The notes: generated by a model from the letters alone, not told the origin. A stretch of 64,000 nucleotides of DNA from Gemmatimonadales bacterium (GCA_036006525.1 DASYPP010000062.1:10958-74957), one strand, 5' to 3'; positions 1-9,395 are shown, counted from the stretch's first letter. Numbers and translations: made by a program.

Positions 1-1
1 G

Positions 2-604
2 GAAGATCCGCTCTCGGCGACGCTCGCCCTGCTGGGACCGTTGCCATCGATAGTGCGGGTAGTTCGTCGGGTGGCGAGCGCGGACGACTCGGCATGGGCG
101 CGAGGCGGCGGTGCGCTGGTGGTGTGGCCGGAGAATATGGAAAGGTCCAGCTGGAGCCGGCGCCGGCCGGACACGGCGAGCGCGGTGGCGACCAGGGAGA
201 TCGCGGTGGTCGCTCCGTTTCTCCGGACGGTGTCGCTGCCACCCGGGGCCGTCATCGCTCGCTGGAATGACGGCATTCCCGCAGCGGTGGAGCGCCCTCT
301 GGGGAGCGGCTGCCAGCGCGATGTCGCGATTCCGATCACCCCGGTAGGTGACTTCGTGCTGCGGCCGAGTGTACGCAAGCTGACTCGGCGGTTGCTGGCC
401 CCCTGCGGCGGTGAACGGGAATGGGACCGGGTAAGCGGTGCGCTGGTAGACAGCCTGCGGGGTCCGGCCATGCTCGCAAGCACCGCCGATCTCGGTCGGC
501 GCCAGGAGAAGAAGGTTCCCGCCCAGGGGATCCTGCTGATCGCCGCGCTGGCATTGCTGCTGCTGGAGGGTTTTCTGCGGCGGCGCGGGAAAACCGCGCA
601 ATGA
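2..604 (+). CDS. hypothetical membrane-anchored protein, C-terminal part (5' end lies left of the window)
   Basis: Frame is open from base 2 with no upstream stop. It ends in a hydrophobic helix (GILLIAALALLLLEGFL) followed by RRRGK. The TGA overlaps the next ATG (ATGA at 601-604), so it sits in the same operon as the DUF4159 gene. Confidence 0.5.
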   Translation, partial: EDPLSATLALLGPLPSIVRVVRRVASADDSAWARGGGALVVWPENMERSSWSRRRPDTASAVATREIAVVAPFLRTVSLPPGAVIARWNDGIPAAVERPLGSGCQRDVAIPITPVGDFVLRPSVRKLTRRLLAPCGGEREWDRVSGALVDSLRGPAMLASTADLGRRQEKKVPAQGILLIAALALLLLEGFLRRRGKTAQ

Positions 605-2649
605 ACGCCCGCGCGCGGGTATCCACTACCCGGCAGCAACTCTCGGCCGCGGTGATTGGCGCGAGCCTGGGCTGGGGCCTGGCCGTCGCGATGATCTTGC
701 TGCTGCTGGCGGCATTGGGTGACCTCGTCTTTGGACTGGCATATGAGATTCGGTTTGTCACCCGGATCGGTGCGATCGCGCTGGGAGTTGTAGCGGCGCT
801 CGTCGTCCTGCTCCGGAATCGCGGTGCGTGGCACATCGAGGGCGTCGCGCTCTGGCTGGAAGAGAAGGCTCCGAACCTCAACTACGCCCTGGTCACCCTG
901 ATCCAGGGCGCCGGCGGTTCCATCGCGGCATTGGAACAGCACGTCGCCCAGGTTGATTGGCGGGCACCGGTGCGGCGCCGGATCGGTCGAGGGACAGTGC
1001 CCCCGCTCCTGCTTGCGTCGATCGCGACCGGGGCATTCCTGCTGCTGCCGGCCAACGCGGTCACCCGGATACGAGCGCCGCGACCCGACGATGGGTTCCT
1101 GGCGCCGCGAGGTTCCGGTGAGTCAGCCGATCCATTCCGCCCGCTGCTGGTGCGCGTCATGCCACCGGCATATTCGGGTCAGGCCGAGCGCACCCTGGAG
1201 AACCCGATCGCCGTCGCCGGCCTCCAGGGCAGCCGCCTGCTGATAGAAGGGCCGGCCCGGCTCGAGGCTCTCGTTGCGGGGATTGGTGACTCGGGGTTGA
1301 GCGTGGCGACGAACGGGGACCACTGGTCGATCAGCCTCGAGATGCCGGCCAGTCCTCGAGTCCTTACCCTCACCAGCGGGACTCGGCATCATCTGCTGAC
1401 GTTGGAGCCGGAGCCAGATTCCATCCCCCAGGTTCAGCTCCTCTTGCCGTCGAGGGACACCGCGCGTCGAGCGGTGACCGGCGTTGTTCAACTCGACGCC
1501 CGCGCCGGTGACGATTTCGGTCTTGATTCCGCCTGGTTCGAATACATCATCAGCTCGGGGGAAGGGGAGAACTTCACCTTCCGCTCCGGGGTGCTGGGCC
1601 GGCATGCGGGCGATGACAACCGCTCGGTCGCCTTCACGGCCCTGCTCACGCTCGACTCGCTGCACCTGGCCGGTGGAAATGTCATCCATGTGCGCGCGGT
1701 TGCCCGGGACAGGAACACCACCACGGGGCCCGGCCTCGCGGCCTCGGAAACTCGCACCATCAGGATCCTGCGGGCCGATGAGGGCGACTCGGTCTCGGTG
1801 GACGCGATGGCGCCGGCCCAGGGAGACTCTTCCCTCCTGAGCCAGCGCATGCTGCTGCTGCTGACGGAGACGCTGCAACGACGCCGCCCTCGGCTCCGTC
1901 GCGATACGGTGGTCGAGGAATCGCGCGCCATCGCGCGGGACCAGTCCGCCCTCAGGCGCCGGGTCGCCGACGTGATCTTCATGCGCCTGGGCGGCGAGGG
2001 CAATGCCGAAGAGAGTGAAGGCGCGGAGGGAGAGTCGGAGCTGACCCCGGAAGCGCTGATGCGCGCGGCGTCCGACACCAACATGGCCAACGGCGGCCGT
2101 CCCCTGGACTTCAGCCAGGATGAAAGCCCGGTGGTGGCACTCAACCTGCCGTTGCTCGAGGCGTACAACGCGATGTGGGACGCGGGGCGCGAGCTGGAAA
2201 TCGGCGAGCCGGGCCGGGCGATTCCCCACATGCACGCCGCCCTGGACGCCATCCAGCGCGCGCGGCAGGCGGAGCGGCTCTACCTCCGGGGCCAACCGAA
2301 ACCAGTGGTGGTGGACCTGTCGCGCGTTCGCCTGGCGGGAAAGCTGACCGATGCGAGTCCGGCCCCGGAAAGCCGGCGGGAGACGAACGGCGAAGTCTCC
2401 GCCCGCCTGCTCGATCGATTCACCCTCGCGCTCGCACTGCTGCCCGACGAACGAGCGGTCGATTCCCTCACGGTCCTCCGGATCGACGCGCTCCATACAG
2501 CACCCGGCTTCGCCCAGGCGCTGGCGCAGGCGATCGCCGAGTTGCGAACCGGCCGCGATGCGACGGAGTCGCTGGTTCGCGCTCGCCGGCTCCTGGCCGG
2601 GGTGACCGCCACCACCGCCGACCTCCCGTCCTGGTCGGGCGCGCCATGA
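601..2649 (+). CDS. large membrane protein, DUF4175-like (Bat/MoxR-type cluster member)
   Basis: ATG 601 inside the listed 421..2649 ORF, chosen for its ATGA coupling to the upstream stop. Two N-terminal TM helices (AAVIGASLGWGLAVAMILLLLAALG; IGAIALGVVAALVVLL) and a long charged helical C-terminal half. The family name is recalled from architecture and not verified. Confidence 0.6.
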   Translation: MNARARVSTTRQQLSAAVIGASLGWGLAVAMILLLLAALGDLVFGLAYEIRFVTRIGAIALGVVAALVVLLRNRGAWHIEGVALWLEEKAPNLNYALVTLIQGAGGSIAALEQHVAQVDWRAPVRRRIGRGTVPPLLLASIATGAFLLLPANAVTRIRAPRPDDGFLAPRGSGESADPFRPLLVRVMPPAYSGQAERTLENPIAVAGLQGSRLLIEGPARLEALVAGIGDSGLSVATNGDHWSISLEMPASPRVLTLTSGTRHHLLTLEPEPDSIPQVQLLLPSRDTARRAVTGVVQLDARAGDDFGLDSAWFEYIISSGEGENFTFRSGVLGRHAGDDNRSVAFTALLTLDSLHLAGGNVIHVRAVARDRNTTTGPGLAASETRTIRILRADEGDSVSVDAMAPAQGDSSLLSQRMLLLLTETLQRRRPRLRRDTVVEESRAIARDQSALRRRVADVIFMRLGGEGNAEESEGAEGESELTPEALMRAASDTNMANGGRPLDFSQDESPVVALNLPLLEAYNAMWDAGRELEIGEPGRAIPHMHAALDAIQRARQAERLYLRGQPKPVVVDLSRVRLAGKLTDASPAPESRRETNGEVSARLLDRFTLALALLPDERAVDSLTVLRIDALHTAPGFAQALAQAIAELRTGRDATESLVRARRLLAGVTATTADLPSWSGAP

Positions 2650-3257
2650 GCGAGTTCGTCTTCGCCACCGCGCAATACGAATCCGGTGACTGGGATTCGG
2701 CGCCGCTGCTTCCAGCCAACATCATCGACTCGGTCGCCCGGTACACCGGGCTGGCCGTCGCACCGACCGGAATCATCGTTTCGCTCGGCTCGCAAGACCT
2801 GCTGCGATATCCCCTGGTGTTTCTCACCGGGCACCTGCCGGTGCGGTTCAGCCAGGAAGAGAGCAGGATGCTTCGTGAGCTGATCGCGCGGGGCGGCATG
2901 CTATTCGTGGACGATCACAATCACGACGTGGACGGCGTTTTCCACCGGACCGCGGTCGAGGAAATCACCCGGGTGGCCGGCCCGCTCCGCGACCTCCCCA
3001 ACGATCACCCGCTGTATTCGGCCTATTTCCATTTCACTGACGGTCCACCGACGACCAGCCACGAGCTGAACGGCTGGGGCGACAACCTGGTTCACAAGCA
3101 TCTCCAGGCGGTGGATCGGGACGGCCGGATCGCGGTGCTCTACAGCAGCAAGGACTACAGTTCCGAGTGGAACTATCACCCGGAGACCAAGCGCTTCAAT
3201 TCAGTCGACAATACCCGATTTGCCGTGAACCTGGTGGTATATGCGCTCACCCGCTGA
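2646..3257 (+). CDS. DUF4159 domain-containing protein
   Basis: ATG 2646 overlaps the upstream TGA (ATGA). The sequence (YESGDWDSAP...YPLVFLTGH...GGMLFVDDHNHD...NDHPLYSAYF...LYSSKDYSSEW) fits the DUF4159 pattern usually found next to MoxR/DUF58/BatA genes. Confidence 0.8.
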   Translation: MSEFVFATAQYESGDWDSAPLLPANIIDSVARYTGLAVAPTGIIVSLGSQDLLRYPLVFLTGHLPVRFSQEESRMLRELIARGGMLFVDDHNHDVDGVFHRTAVEEITRVAGPLRDLPNDHPLYSAYFHFTDGPPTTSHELNGWGDNLVHKHLQAVDRDGRIAVLYSSKDYSSEWNYHPETKRFNSVDNTRFAVNLVVYALTR

Positions 3258-4518
3258 CCGGCGCATTCTCGAGCTGTTGCTTCGCGCGGCCGGCCTGGCC
3301 GGCCTCGTGTGGCTCATTGCCGGCAGCTTCATGAGTCACCGGCCGGCCGGGCGGGTGAGTCTCGCCACCAGATGGCCGATGTCGCTCCCCGAGTGGTCGC
3401 TCAATCCGCCGGCCGACTCGCTCACGGTGAGGCTCGCCGCAATACCGGAGAGACCCGCACTGGACTGGCTGGTCGCGCTCCGGCGCGCGGGCACCCACGT
3501 TACCTGGTCCGGAGCTGGACTGACGGCGCTTGCCATCGAGGTGGAGCCGAGGGGAGACCCGGCGGGCGGGGTGCTGGTGCGGGCCGGGGGAGTCCCCGAC
3601 CGGACGCTCGCGCTGCGCGACCGGCTCGGAGCGCTCGACAGCCTGCGATTGGGACGCGTGGGTGGAACTGCCATCGTACCCGCGGCGGAAGGCGTGGTCG
3701 CCGCAACTATCCGCACCGGTGAGTCCGTCACCGCCGCGGTTGGGGCGGGCGATACACTCCGCCGGATCCTGGTGCTGGGGACCGCCGGTTGGGAATCGAA
3801 GTTCGTGGTGGCGGCGCTGAGCGAGCGAGGCTGGATGGTGGACGCCCGGCTCGCCGTGGCGCCGCGGCTGACAGTGCTGGCGGGTACTCCCACGACAATC
3901 GATACCAGCGTCTACACGGCTGTGATCGCGCTGGACTCGACCGCGGCACCCCAGGCGGACGCGATCACCCGGTATGTGCACTCCGGCGGCGGCCTCATCC
4001 TGGCTCCGGATGCTGTCGGTCTCCGGGCTTTTCGCAGTCTGCTTCCCGCCGGGCCAGGCCGTGCCGTGGCGCCTTCCGGCCTTCCAGTGGAACGGGTGAC
4101 GAGCCGTGCCGAACTGCCGATTCGGGACCTCGCTCCGCTCCAGCCGAACGCGGTGGCGCTGGAGCGGGTGAACGGGCATCTCGTCGCTGCCGCCGGCCGA
4201 GCCGGCAGTGGGCGAGTGCTTGCGCTCGGCCTGGGTGAGACCTGGCGCTGGCGCATGGAAGGCGATGAAAGCGCGATGGCGGCGCACCGGTCGTGGTGGG
4301 CCGCCAATGTCGCTGCTGTTGCCTATGTGCCGGTTCCTCGCGGGAAGGAAGCCACCGATCCCGCGCCTCTCGCCTCGCTGTACCAGTCGCTTGGCTCGCC
4401 GGTCAATGCAGGTTCGGGGGCCAACCCAGGAAATTCGCTTTCCTGGGTTGTGCTGCTCGGCGTGATGGCGTCACTGCTTGGCGAGTGGGCTTCCCGACGA
4501 CTGCGGGGGACCGCTTAG
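3241..4518 (+). CDS. membrane protein with N- and C-terminal TM helices (possible GATase1-like/DUF1355-type central domain)
   Basis: 425-aa ORF overlapping the DUF4159 gene by 17 nt. N-terminal TM LAGLVWLIAGSF and C-terminal TM WVVLLGVMASLLGEW. Central ILVLGTAGWESKFV...HSGGGLILAPD resembles class-I amidotransferase-like folds seen in Bat clusters. Confidence 0.6.
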   Translation: MRSPADRRILELLLRAAGLAGLVWLIAGSFMSHRPAGRVSLATRWPMSLPEWSLNPPADSLTVRLAAIPERPALDWLVALRRAGTHVTWSGAGLTALAIEVEPRGDPAGGVLVRAGGVPDRTLALRDRLGALDSLRLGRVGGTAIVPAAEGVVAATIRTGESVTAAVGAGDTLRRILVLGTAGWESKFVVAALSERGWMVDARLAVAPRLTVLAGTPTTIDTSVYTAVIALDSTAAPQADAITRYVHSGGGLILAPDAVGLRAFRSLLPAGPGRAVAPSGLPVERVTSRAELPIRDLAPLQPNAVALERVNGHLVAAAGRAGSGRVLALGLGETWRWRMEGDESAMAAHRSWWAANVAAVAYVPVPRGKEATDPAPLASLYQSLGSPVNAGSGANPGNSLSWVVLLGVMASLLGEWASRRLRGTA

Positions 4519-4622
4519 AGCAATCTCATCTCCTCGATTCCAATTTGTAATCAAACCCTCCCGTGCAACTTCATACCCATCGCGCATCCTTCTCGCTCCG
4601 CCACCCCCAACCAGGAGGAACC

Positions 4623-5528
4623 ATGTCCCGGCGGACGCGAACGACCCTGATGCTCCTTATTGCAGGCTTGAGCCTTGCGTGCGACACATTTCGCGAGGCG
4701 AAAGCTCCGTCGGACGCTTCAAACGAAGAGGTCAGCGACCCGGCAGCGCCGGCGCCCGCATACATCGCCGCAGGCGCTTCCGGCGGGATAGCCGCAGAGC
4801 GTGCCGTGGCTCTCCCATCCCCAGTCGAGTTTCGATTTCAACCGGTTCGCGACTCGATCGCACTCTCCATGATCATCCGCACCGGCCAGGCCTGGATCGA
4901 CGTGGATTCTCTCGATGCCGCCATTGCCGCCGTACACGCCATGGCCACACGGGTGGGCGGCTTCATCGCCAATACCACCATTCAATCCGGCGAAGGCCAG
5001 CAGCATGCCGCCACCCTGGAGATCAAGATTCCCTCGGCCAACTACGACCTGGCGATGAGCGGGCTGACTGGGATCGGCAAACTGCGCTCGTCAACCACGA
5101 CCGCGGAGGACGTGGGCGAGGAATACGTGGACGTGAACGCGCGGATGGCGAACTCGCGGCGGTTGGAGGAGCGCCTGGTGACGCTGCTGGCGAACCGCAC
5201 CGGTAAACTGGATGACGTGCTCGCGGTGGAGCGGGAGCTGGCCCGGGTGCGGGAAGAGATCGAACGCTACGAGGGCCGTTTGCGCTATCTCCGGACCCGG
5301 ACGGCGATGAGCACGCTGAGCGTGACGGTGTCCGAACCCGGTCCGGTCGTGGGCCAGCCGGGGTCCAACATCCTGGTGAATGCGGCGCTCGAGGCGTGGC
5401 GGAACTTCGTGAACATGGTGGCCGGATTGATCGCGGCGAGCGGTGTGGTGCTGCCCCTGCTGGCGGTCTTTGGGTTCGGGGTGTGGGTGTGGCGGCGCAA
5501 GCGGCAGCGGCTGGTCGCTGCGGCCTAG
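4623..5528 (+). CDS. DUF4349 domain-containing lipoprotein
   Basis: ATG 4623 is preceded by AGGAGGA (4612-4618). Lipobox-like LLIAGLSLAC, a coiled-coil segment (NSRRLEERL...ELARVREEIERYEGRLRYL) and a C-terminal TM helix give the typical DUF4349 layout. Confidence 0.75.
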   Translation: MSRRTRTTLMLLIAGLSLACDTFREAKAPSDASNEEVSDPAAPAPAYIAAGASGGIAAERAVALPSPVEFRFQPVRDSIALSMIIRTGQAWIDVDSLDAAIAAVHAMATRVGGFIANTTIQSGEGQQHAATLEIKIPSANYDLAMSGLTGIGKLRSSTTTAEDVGEEYVDVNARMANSRRLEERLVTLLANRTGKLDDVLAVERELARVREEIERYEGRLRYLRTRTAMSTLSVTVSEPGPVVGQPGSNILVNAALEAWRNFVNMVAGLIAASGVVLPLLAVFGFGVWVWRRKRQRLVAAA

Positions 5529-5539
5529 CTGAAACTCCT

Positions 5540-5568
5540 TTCCCTTTCTCATGTTTTCGTGGTAGAAT
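5540..5568 (+). promoter_or_regulatory. candidate promoter for the BI-1 gene (TTCCCT-N17-TAGAAT with upstream TGG)
   Basis: cgTGgTAGAAT resembles an extended -10. It lies 26 nt upstream of the ATG. Confidence 0.25.
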
Positions 5569-5593
5569 GGGTCATCCCATTCAGGAGTGAAGC

Positions 5594-6307
5594 ATGTCGA
5601 ACCCGTTCTCGACGACCAACGCACCAGCTCTGGGCGCCGAGGCTGTGCAGGCAGAGCGGATTACCGCTTTTCTGCGCAAGGTATACGGCTGGATGTTTCT
5701 CGGATTGGCGTTCACGGCGGTCGTCGCGTTTGTGACGGCCAGCTCGCCCGCCATCCTCGAGGCCGTGGTGGGCAATCGCCTGGTGTTCTACGGGATCCTG
5801 ATCGCCGAGCTGGGACTGGTCTGGTATCTCTCTGCGCGGGTCAGCCAGCTGGCTCCGACCACCGCCGGTGCGCTTTTCATGGTGTATTCCGGCCTGAACG
5901 GCTTGACCTTTTCGGTCATCCTGCTGGCCTACTCCGGCGCCTCGATCGCCAATGCCTTTCTGACCACCTCGGCCATGTTCGGGGCCCTCGCGGTCTACGG
6001 GACTGTCACCAAGCGGAGCCTCGCAGGAGTGGGCCAGTTTGCGTTCATGGGCCTTATCGGAGTCGTCATTGCCTCGATCGTCGGCTTGTTCTGGCAGAAC
6101 GACATGCTCCAGTTCGTGATCTCCATCTGCGGCGTGGTGGTGTTCACCGGGCTCACGATGTGGGACGCCCAGCGGCTCAAGGCGATGGCGCTTCGGGCCG
6201 AGGGACCCAGCGTGAGTTCCTATGCCATCGTGGGGGCGTTGGCCCTGTACCTGGACTTCATCAATCTTTTCCTGATGATCCTTCGGCTATTCGGGCGCCG
6301 GCGGTAG
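5594..6307 (+). CDS. Bax inhibitor-1/YccA family membrane protein
   Basis: 237 aa with about seven hydrophobic helices. BI-1/UPF0005-like C-terminus (GALALYLDFINLFLMILRLFG). GGAG lies 7 nt upstream of the ATG. Confidence 0.9.
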   Translation: MSNPFSTTNAPALGAEAVQAERITAFLRKVYGWMFLGLAFTAVVAFVTASSPAILEAVVGNRLVFYGILIAELGLVWYLSARVSQLAPTTAGALFMVYSGLNGLTFSVILLAYSGASIANAFLTTSAMFGALAVYGTVTKRSLAGVGQFAFMGLIGVVIASIVGLFWQNDMLQFVISICGVVVFTGLTMWDAQRLKAMALRAEGPSVSSYAIVGALALYLDFINLFLMILRLFGRRR

Positions 6308-7162
6308 CGAAGTCTTCCCGGGGGACCGTCGGGCGATCCAGGTATCCATGTCCCGCATCACATCGTCCTTCACGAGGTCGATGATGAGATTGTGAAGGGC
6401 GCCGGGATAGGTTTTGAGTGTCTTGTCGCTCGCTCCTATGTTCTCAAAAAACTCGCGGGTAGAATCGGGTGAGGTGACCTGGTCCGCCTCGCCTTGCAGC
6501 ACCAGCACCGGAAGCGTGAGCTCCGGTGCTTGCTGTTTCACCCTGGCGATGGCATCCTGCATCTCACTGCCCAGCCGGGCGGTCCCCAGGCTGTGCACCA
6601 GGGGATCGGCGTCGAGCCGGGCGATCGCGGCGGGATCCCGGGTAAGCCGGGATCGCTCGATTCCGGATTTCATGGTGAACGTCGGCCAGATACTCGACAA
6701 CAGCCGGCTCAGCCGGAGCAGGAATGCGGGGACACCGATCTCACCCACCGCCGGTGCCAGGAGGATGAGGCCGGAGAGTTCGTCGGAGTGGTGGATGGCA
6801 TAGTCGGCGGCGATGAGCCCGCCCATGCTGTTCCCCAGCAGGAAGACCGGAAGCTCCGGGGCGGCGCGCCGGAGCCTTCCGACCATGTCAGCGACATCTT
6901 CCCGGTAGTCCGACCAGCCTTGGATGTTACCTCGCCGCCCGGGAGAGAGGCCGTGGCCGCGCAAGTCACGGCAGACGACCGAGGAGCGGTGCGCAGCCAG
7001 GAATTCAGCGACTTCGGAATACAATCCGCCGTACTCGCCGAAACCGTGAACGATCGCGACGCTCGCGCGCGCTTTTCCCGAACGGGGCAACCAGTTGCGG
7101 ACGTTCGGCGGGTTCACTCGGTAATCCGGTCTTCCTCTTCCAGGGATCGATTGATCGCGCAC
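6287..7162 (-). CDS. alpha/beta hydrolase (lysophospholipase / monoacylglycerol-lipase-like)
   Basis: HGFGEY oxyanion region, GNSMGG nucleophile elbow, GEADQV and ALHNL acid/His regions. Its 3' end overlaps the BI-1 gene convergently by 21 nt. Its 5' 49 nt overlap the upstream gene, so the start is uncertain. Confidence 0.85.
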   Translation of the reverse strand: MRDQSIPGRGRPDYRVNPPNVRNWLPRSGKARASVAIVHGFGEYGGLYSEVAEFLAAHRSSVVCRDLRGHGLSPGRRGNIQGWSDYREDVADMVGRLRRAAPELPVFLLGNSMGGLIAADYAIHHSDELSGLILLAPAVGEIGVPAFLLRLSRLLSSIWPTFTMKSGIERSRLTRDPAAIARLDADPLVHSLGTARLGSEMQDAIARVKQQAPELTLPVLVLQGEADQVTSPDSTREFFENIGASDKTLKTYPGALHNLIIDLVKDDVMRDMDTWIARRSPGKTSLPPAPE

Positions 7163-8013
7163 GCCGCCTCGGCGCCTTCCGCAGCCGCGACGATCACGAA
7201 TTGAGTGGCCTTGGAGGCGTCGCCGGCGACGAAGAGCCCTGGCACGTCGGTGGTTTCGGCGGGCCCGGTGCGTACTACGCCCTTCTCATTGAATTGGCAT
7301 CCCAGTGCGGCGGGTATGGAAGACCGTTGCCGCTGGCCGGTACTGAAAAACAGGGCCCGGCACTCGAACGGCGTACCGCTGGCAAAGACGACCCGTTCGA
7401 TCTGCTCACCGGTTCCCTCCAGCCGCAGGACCCGGTCCTCGCGAATCGGAAACCCGTGGCGCTCGAGCATGGCCCGATCCGCCGCCTCCAGCTCCGCGGG
7501 ACCATCGGTGCATATCAGCAGGCGGGTGCTCCAGGTCCGGAGCGTCATGGCGAGCCCGCTCACCCGGGCACCGCGGCCATACACCGCGATCGGCTGATCG
7601 ACGTACTGGTATGCATCGCAGTAGGGGCAGTGATGAACACTGCGGCCATACATCGCCCCGATTCCCTGCAGGTCTGGCACCTCGTCCACGACGCCGGTGG
7701 CCAGCAACAGGCGGCGGCACCGCTCGGTACCGTCGGAGAAGCTGACTTCGAAACCGCCTTCCACCTGCCGCGCCGAGGTGGCGGTTCTTTGCTGGATGGT
7801 TACGGTGGTATACGCGACAAGGTCAGCGCGGGCGAGCTGCAGAAACTCGGTCGGGGGCACGCCGTCACGGGTGAGATAGCAGTTCATCGAGGCAGACCGC
7901 GCATTCCTGGGCGCGCCTTCGTCGGCCACCAGGACTTTCCGGCGACAGCGGCCCAGCACCAGCGCGGCGCTCAATCCTGCGGGGCCGGCTCCAAGGACAA
8001 TCGCGTCGTACAT
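7114..8013 (-). CDS. NAD(P)/FAD-dependent oxidoreductase, thioredoxin-reductase-like
   Basis: Start ATG at 8013 (MYDAIVLGAGPAGLSAAL, a GxGxxG FAD motif) overlaps the upstream TAA (TAATG). It carries a second dinucleotide motif (IAVYGRGARVSGLA) and a redox CxxC in HHCPYCDAY. The upstream part of the 7114..8376 ORF is Pro/Arg-rich and was rejected. Confidence 0.85.
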   Translation of the reverse strand: MYDAIVLGAGPAGLSAALVLGRCRRKVLVADEGAPRNARSASMNCYLTRDGVPPTEFLQLARADLVAYTTVTIQQRTATSARQVEGGFEVSFSDGTERCRRLLLATGVVDEVPDLQGIGAMYGRSVHHCPYCDAYQYVDQPIAVYGRGARVSGLAMTLRTWSTRLLICTDGPAELEAADRAMLERHGFPIREDRVLRLEGTGEQIERVVFASGTPFECRALFFSTGQRQRSSIPAALGCQFNEKGVVRTGPAETTDVPGLFVAGDASKATQFVIVAAAEGAEAACAINRSLEEEDRITE

Positions 8014-8537
8014 TATCGCCCGCCCAGCATCGTCAGCCGATTCTCGATGAGCCAGCCGGCCGGCGAGCTGGTGACCAGGCTGGCCGGCTCGGCGATCACC
8101 CGCTCCCCCCGGGGTATCTCCAGGGCGCCACGATGGCTGAATCCCAGGAAGTAGAGCGATGGCCCCGCGTTCCGGGCATGCTCCAGGGCAAATCCATTGA
8201 GCGCATTGGGCCAGTACCGGTCGGGCCGCTGGCGTTGCTCCGCGGCGCGGCGATGATTCTCCAGCGCGACGATGACCTGGTCCCGGGGCAATCCCAGCTC
8301 GCGGTAGCGGCTTCGCAGGTGGGCTTCGTCTTCCCGGGTCACCGGCAGCCGGGCCCGCACCAGGTCGCAGGAACAAGCGCCGCGAACGATCTGCACCACG
8401 GTCTGGGCGTCGGGATGGTGCTGCAGCAGCATGCCCTGCTCGACCTTGGAGAGGGGATCAGCCCGGAGGCCGGCCGGCAGCATGGAACGCACTTCGCTCA
8501 GGGTGAGCGGCGTGGCGAGATAGAGGAAGTAGCACAT
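8013..8537 (-). CDS. hypothetical protein (174 aa, Cys2 and a CxC motif)
   Basis: Tightly packed between the neighbouring genes: its start directly abuts the upstream stop, and its stop overlaps the downstream start. No family recognised. Begins MCYFLYLATP and contains GACSCD. Confidence 0.55.
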   Translation of the reverse strand: MCYFLYLATPLTLSEVRSMLPAGLRADPLSKVEQGMLLQHHPDAQTVVQIVRGACSCDLVRARLPVTREDEAHLRSRYRELGLPRDQVIVALENHRRAAEQRQRPDRYWPNALNGFALEHARNAGPSLYFLGFSHRGALEIPRGERVIAEPASLVTSSPAGWLIENRLTMLGGR

Positions 8538-8897
8538 CTACCGCAGCTCCCTCCGCCTCTGGAGCAGCAGCGCCGCGGCATCGCCCGCGGGACCTCCCTT
8601 CGTCGCGATGCTTTCCAGGGTCGCGTCGTCCTGGTGCTTCAGCATGCCCGCCATCATGACCAGCAATCCACTCGCGGCCGTCCGCTCCCGGTCCTCCAGG
8701 GCGGCCCGGCGGGCCCGAAGCCCGAACAGGAGCGCCACGAAGATACAGGCGAAGAAACCGGTGATGCCGAGCGCCCCTACCGCCGGGGGCACCAGGCGCT
8801 TGAGCCCCGCCAGGGCCAACGCGATGAGCGGCAGGCCCAGGACCAGGAATACCCACATTCCGATCCGGTAGGGGCGGGCTGAATCGGGAAGCGGCAT
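8538..8897 (-). CDS. small membrane protein (2 TM helices)
   Basis: ATG at 8897 inside the 8538..9086 ORF. MPLPDSARPYRIGMWVFLVLGLPLIALALAG and GITGFFACIFVALLFGL are hydrophobic helices. The stop abuts the next start. Confidence 0.5.
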   Translation of the reverse strand: MPLPDSARPYRIGMWVFLVLGLPLIALALAGLKRLVPPAVGALGITGFFACIFVALLFGLRARRAALEDRERTAASGLLVMMAGMLKHQDDATLESIATKGGPAGDAAALLLQRRRELR

Positions 8898-8920
8898 ATG
8901 AGGATCCGGCGAGTTTGGAC

Positions 8921-9283
8921 TTAAGCGCCGGGTCGGATCAGGACCAGGATGGCCGCTTGGGGAACCACGAGGTACTTCTGGCCTTCGAAGGTGATCTCGA
9001 CGGCCGCCTTGCGGAAAAAGATCGCGTGATCGCCGACCCGGGCCTGCATGGGACGGTACCGGGTCTCCCGCTCCGCGACCCGCCACGGCTCCTCGTCAAG
9101 ACTGGCCAGGTCGGGGACCGGGTCGCCCGGCCCCGTTGCGACGATCACCCCGCTCTGGACCTGCTGTGATTCCAGCGCGGTGGGCGGAAGGTACAGCCCG
9201 ACCCGGGTCCGCTCTTCCCCTTCCTCGGGAGTGATCAGGACCCGGTCTCCAACAACGGTCAACTGCTTCGCTGGATCATCCAT
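8921..9283 (-). CDS. GroES/Cpn10-like co-chaperonin family protein (orphan, with an insertion)
   Basis: VGDRVLITPEE...GLYLP...GVIVATGPG...ARVGDHAIFF...YLVVPQAAILVLI aligns by eye to the GroES beta-barrel. A roughly 25-aa insert follows GPG. No groEL lies nearby. Confidence 0.7.
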   Translation of the reverse strand: MDDPAKQLTVVGDRVLITPEEGEERTRVGLYLPPTALESQQVQSGVIVATGPGDPVPDLASLDEEPWRVAERETRYRPMQARVGDHAIFFRKAAVEITFEGQKYLVVPQAAILVLIRPGA

Positions 9284-9286
9284 AGA

Positions 9287-9395
9287 GTGACAAGTAACAA
9301 GTGACAGGTGACAAGGGCGCGGTGTTGTTGAGTGACGTGCCGAGCTGAGGGACCATACAGCGATTACTTGTCACTTGTCACCTGTCACTTGTCAC
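9287..9395. repeat. tandem-repeat-armed hairpin (heptamers GTGACAA x4 / TTGTCAC x4, ~51-nt loop) between the greA stop and the GroES-like start
   Basis: Left arm 9287-9315 is gtgacaagtaacaagtgacaggtgacaag. Right arm 9367-9395 is cttgtcacttgtcacctgtcacttgtcac. The right arm overlaps the last base of the greA TAG. Confidence 0.85.
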
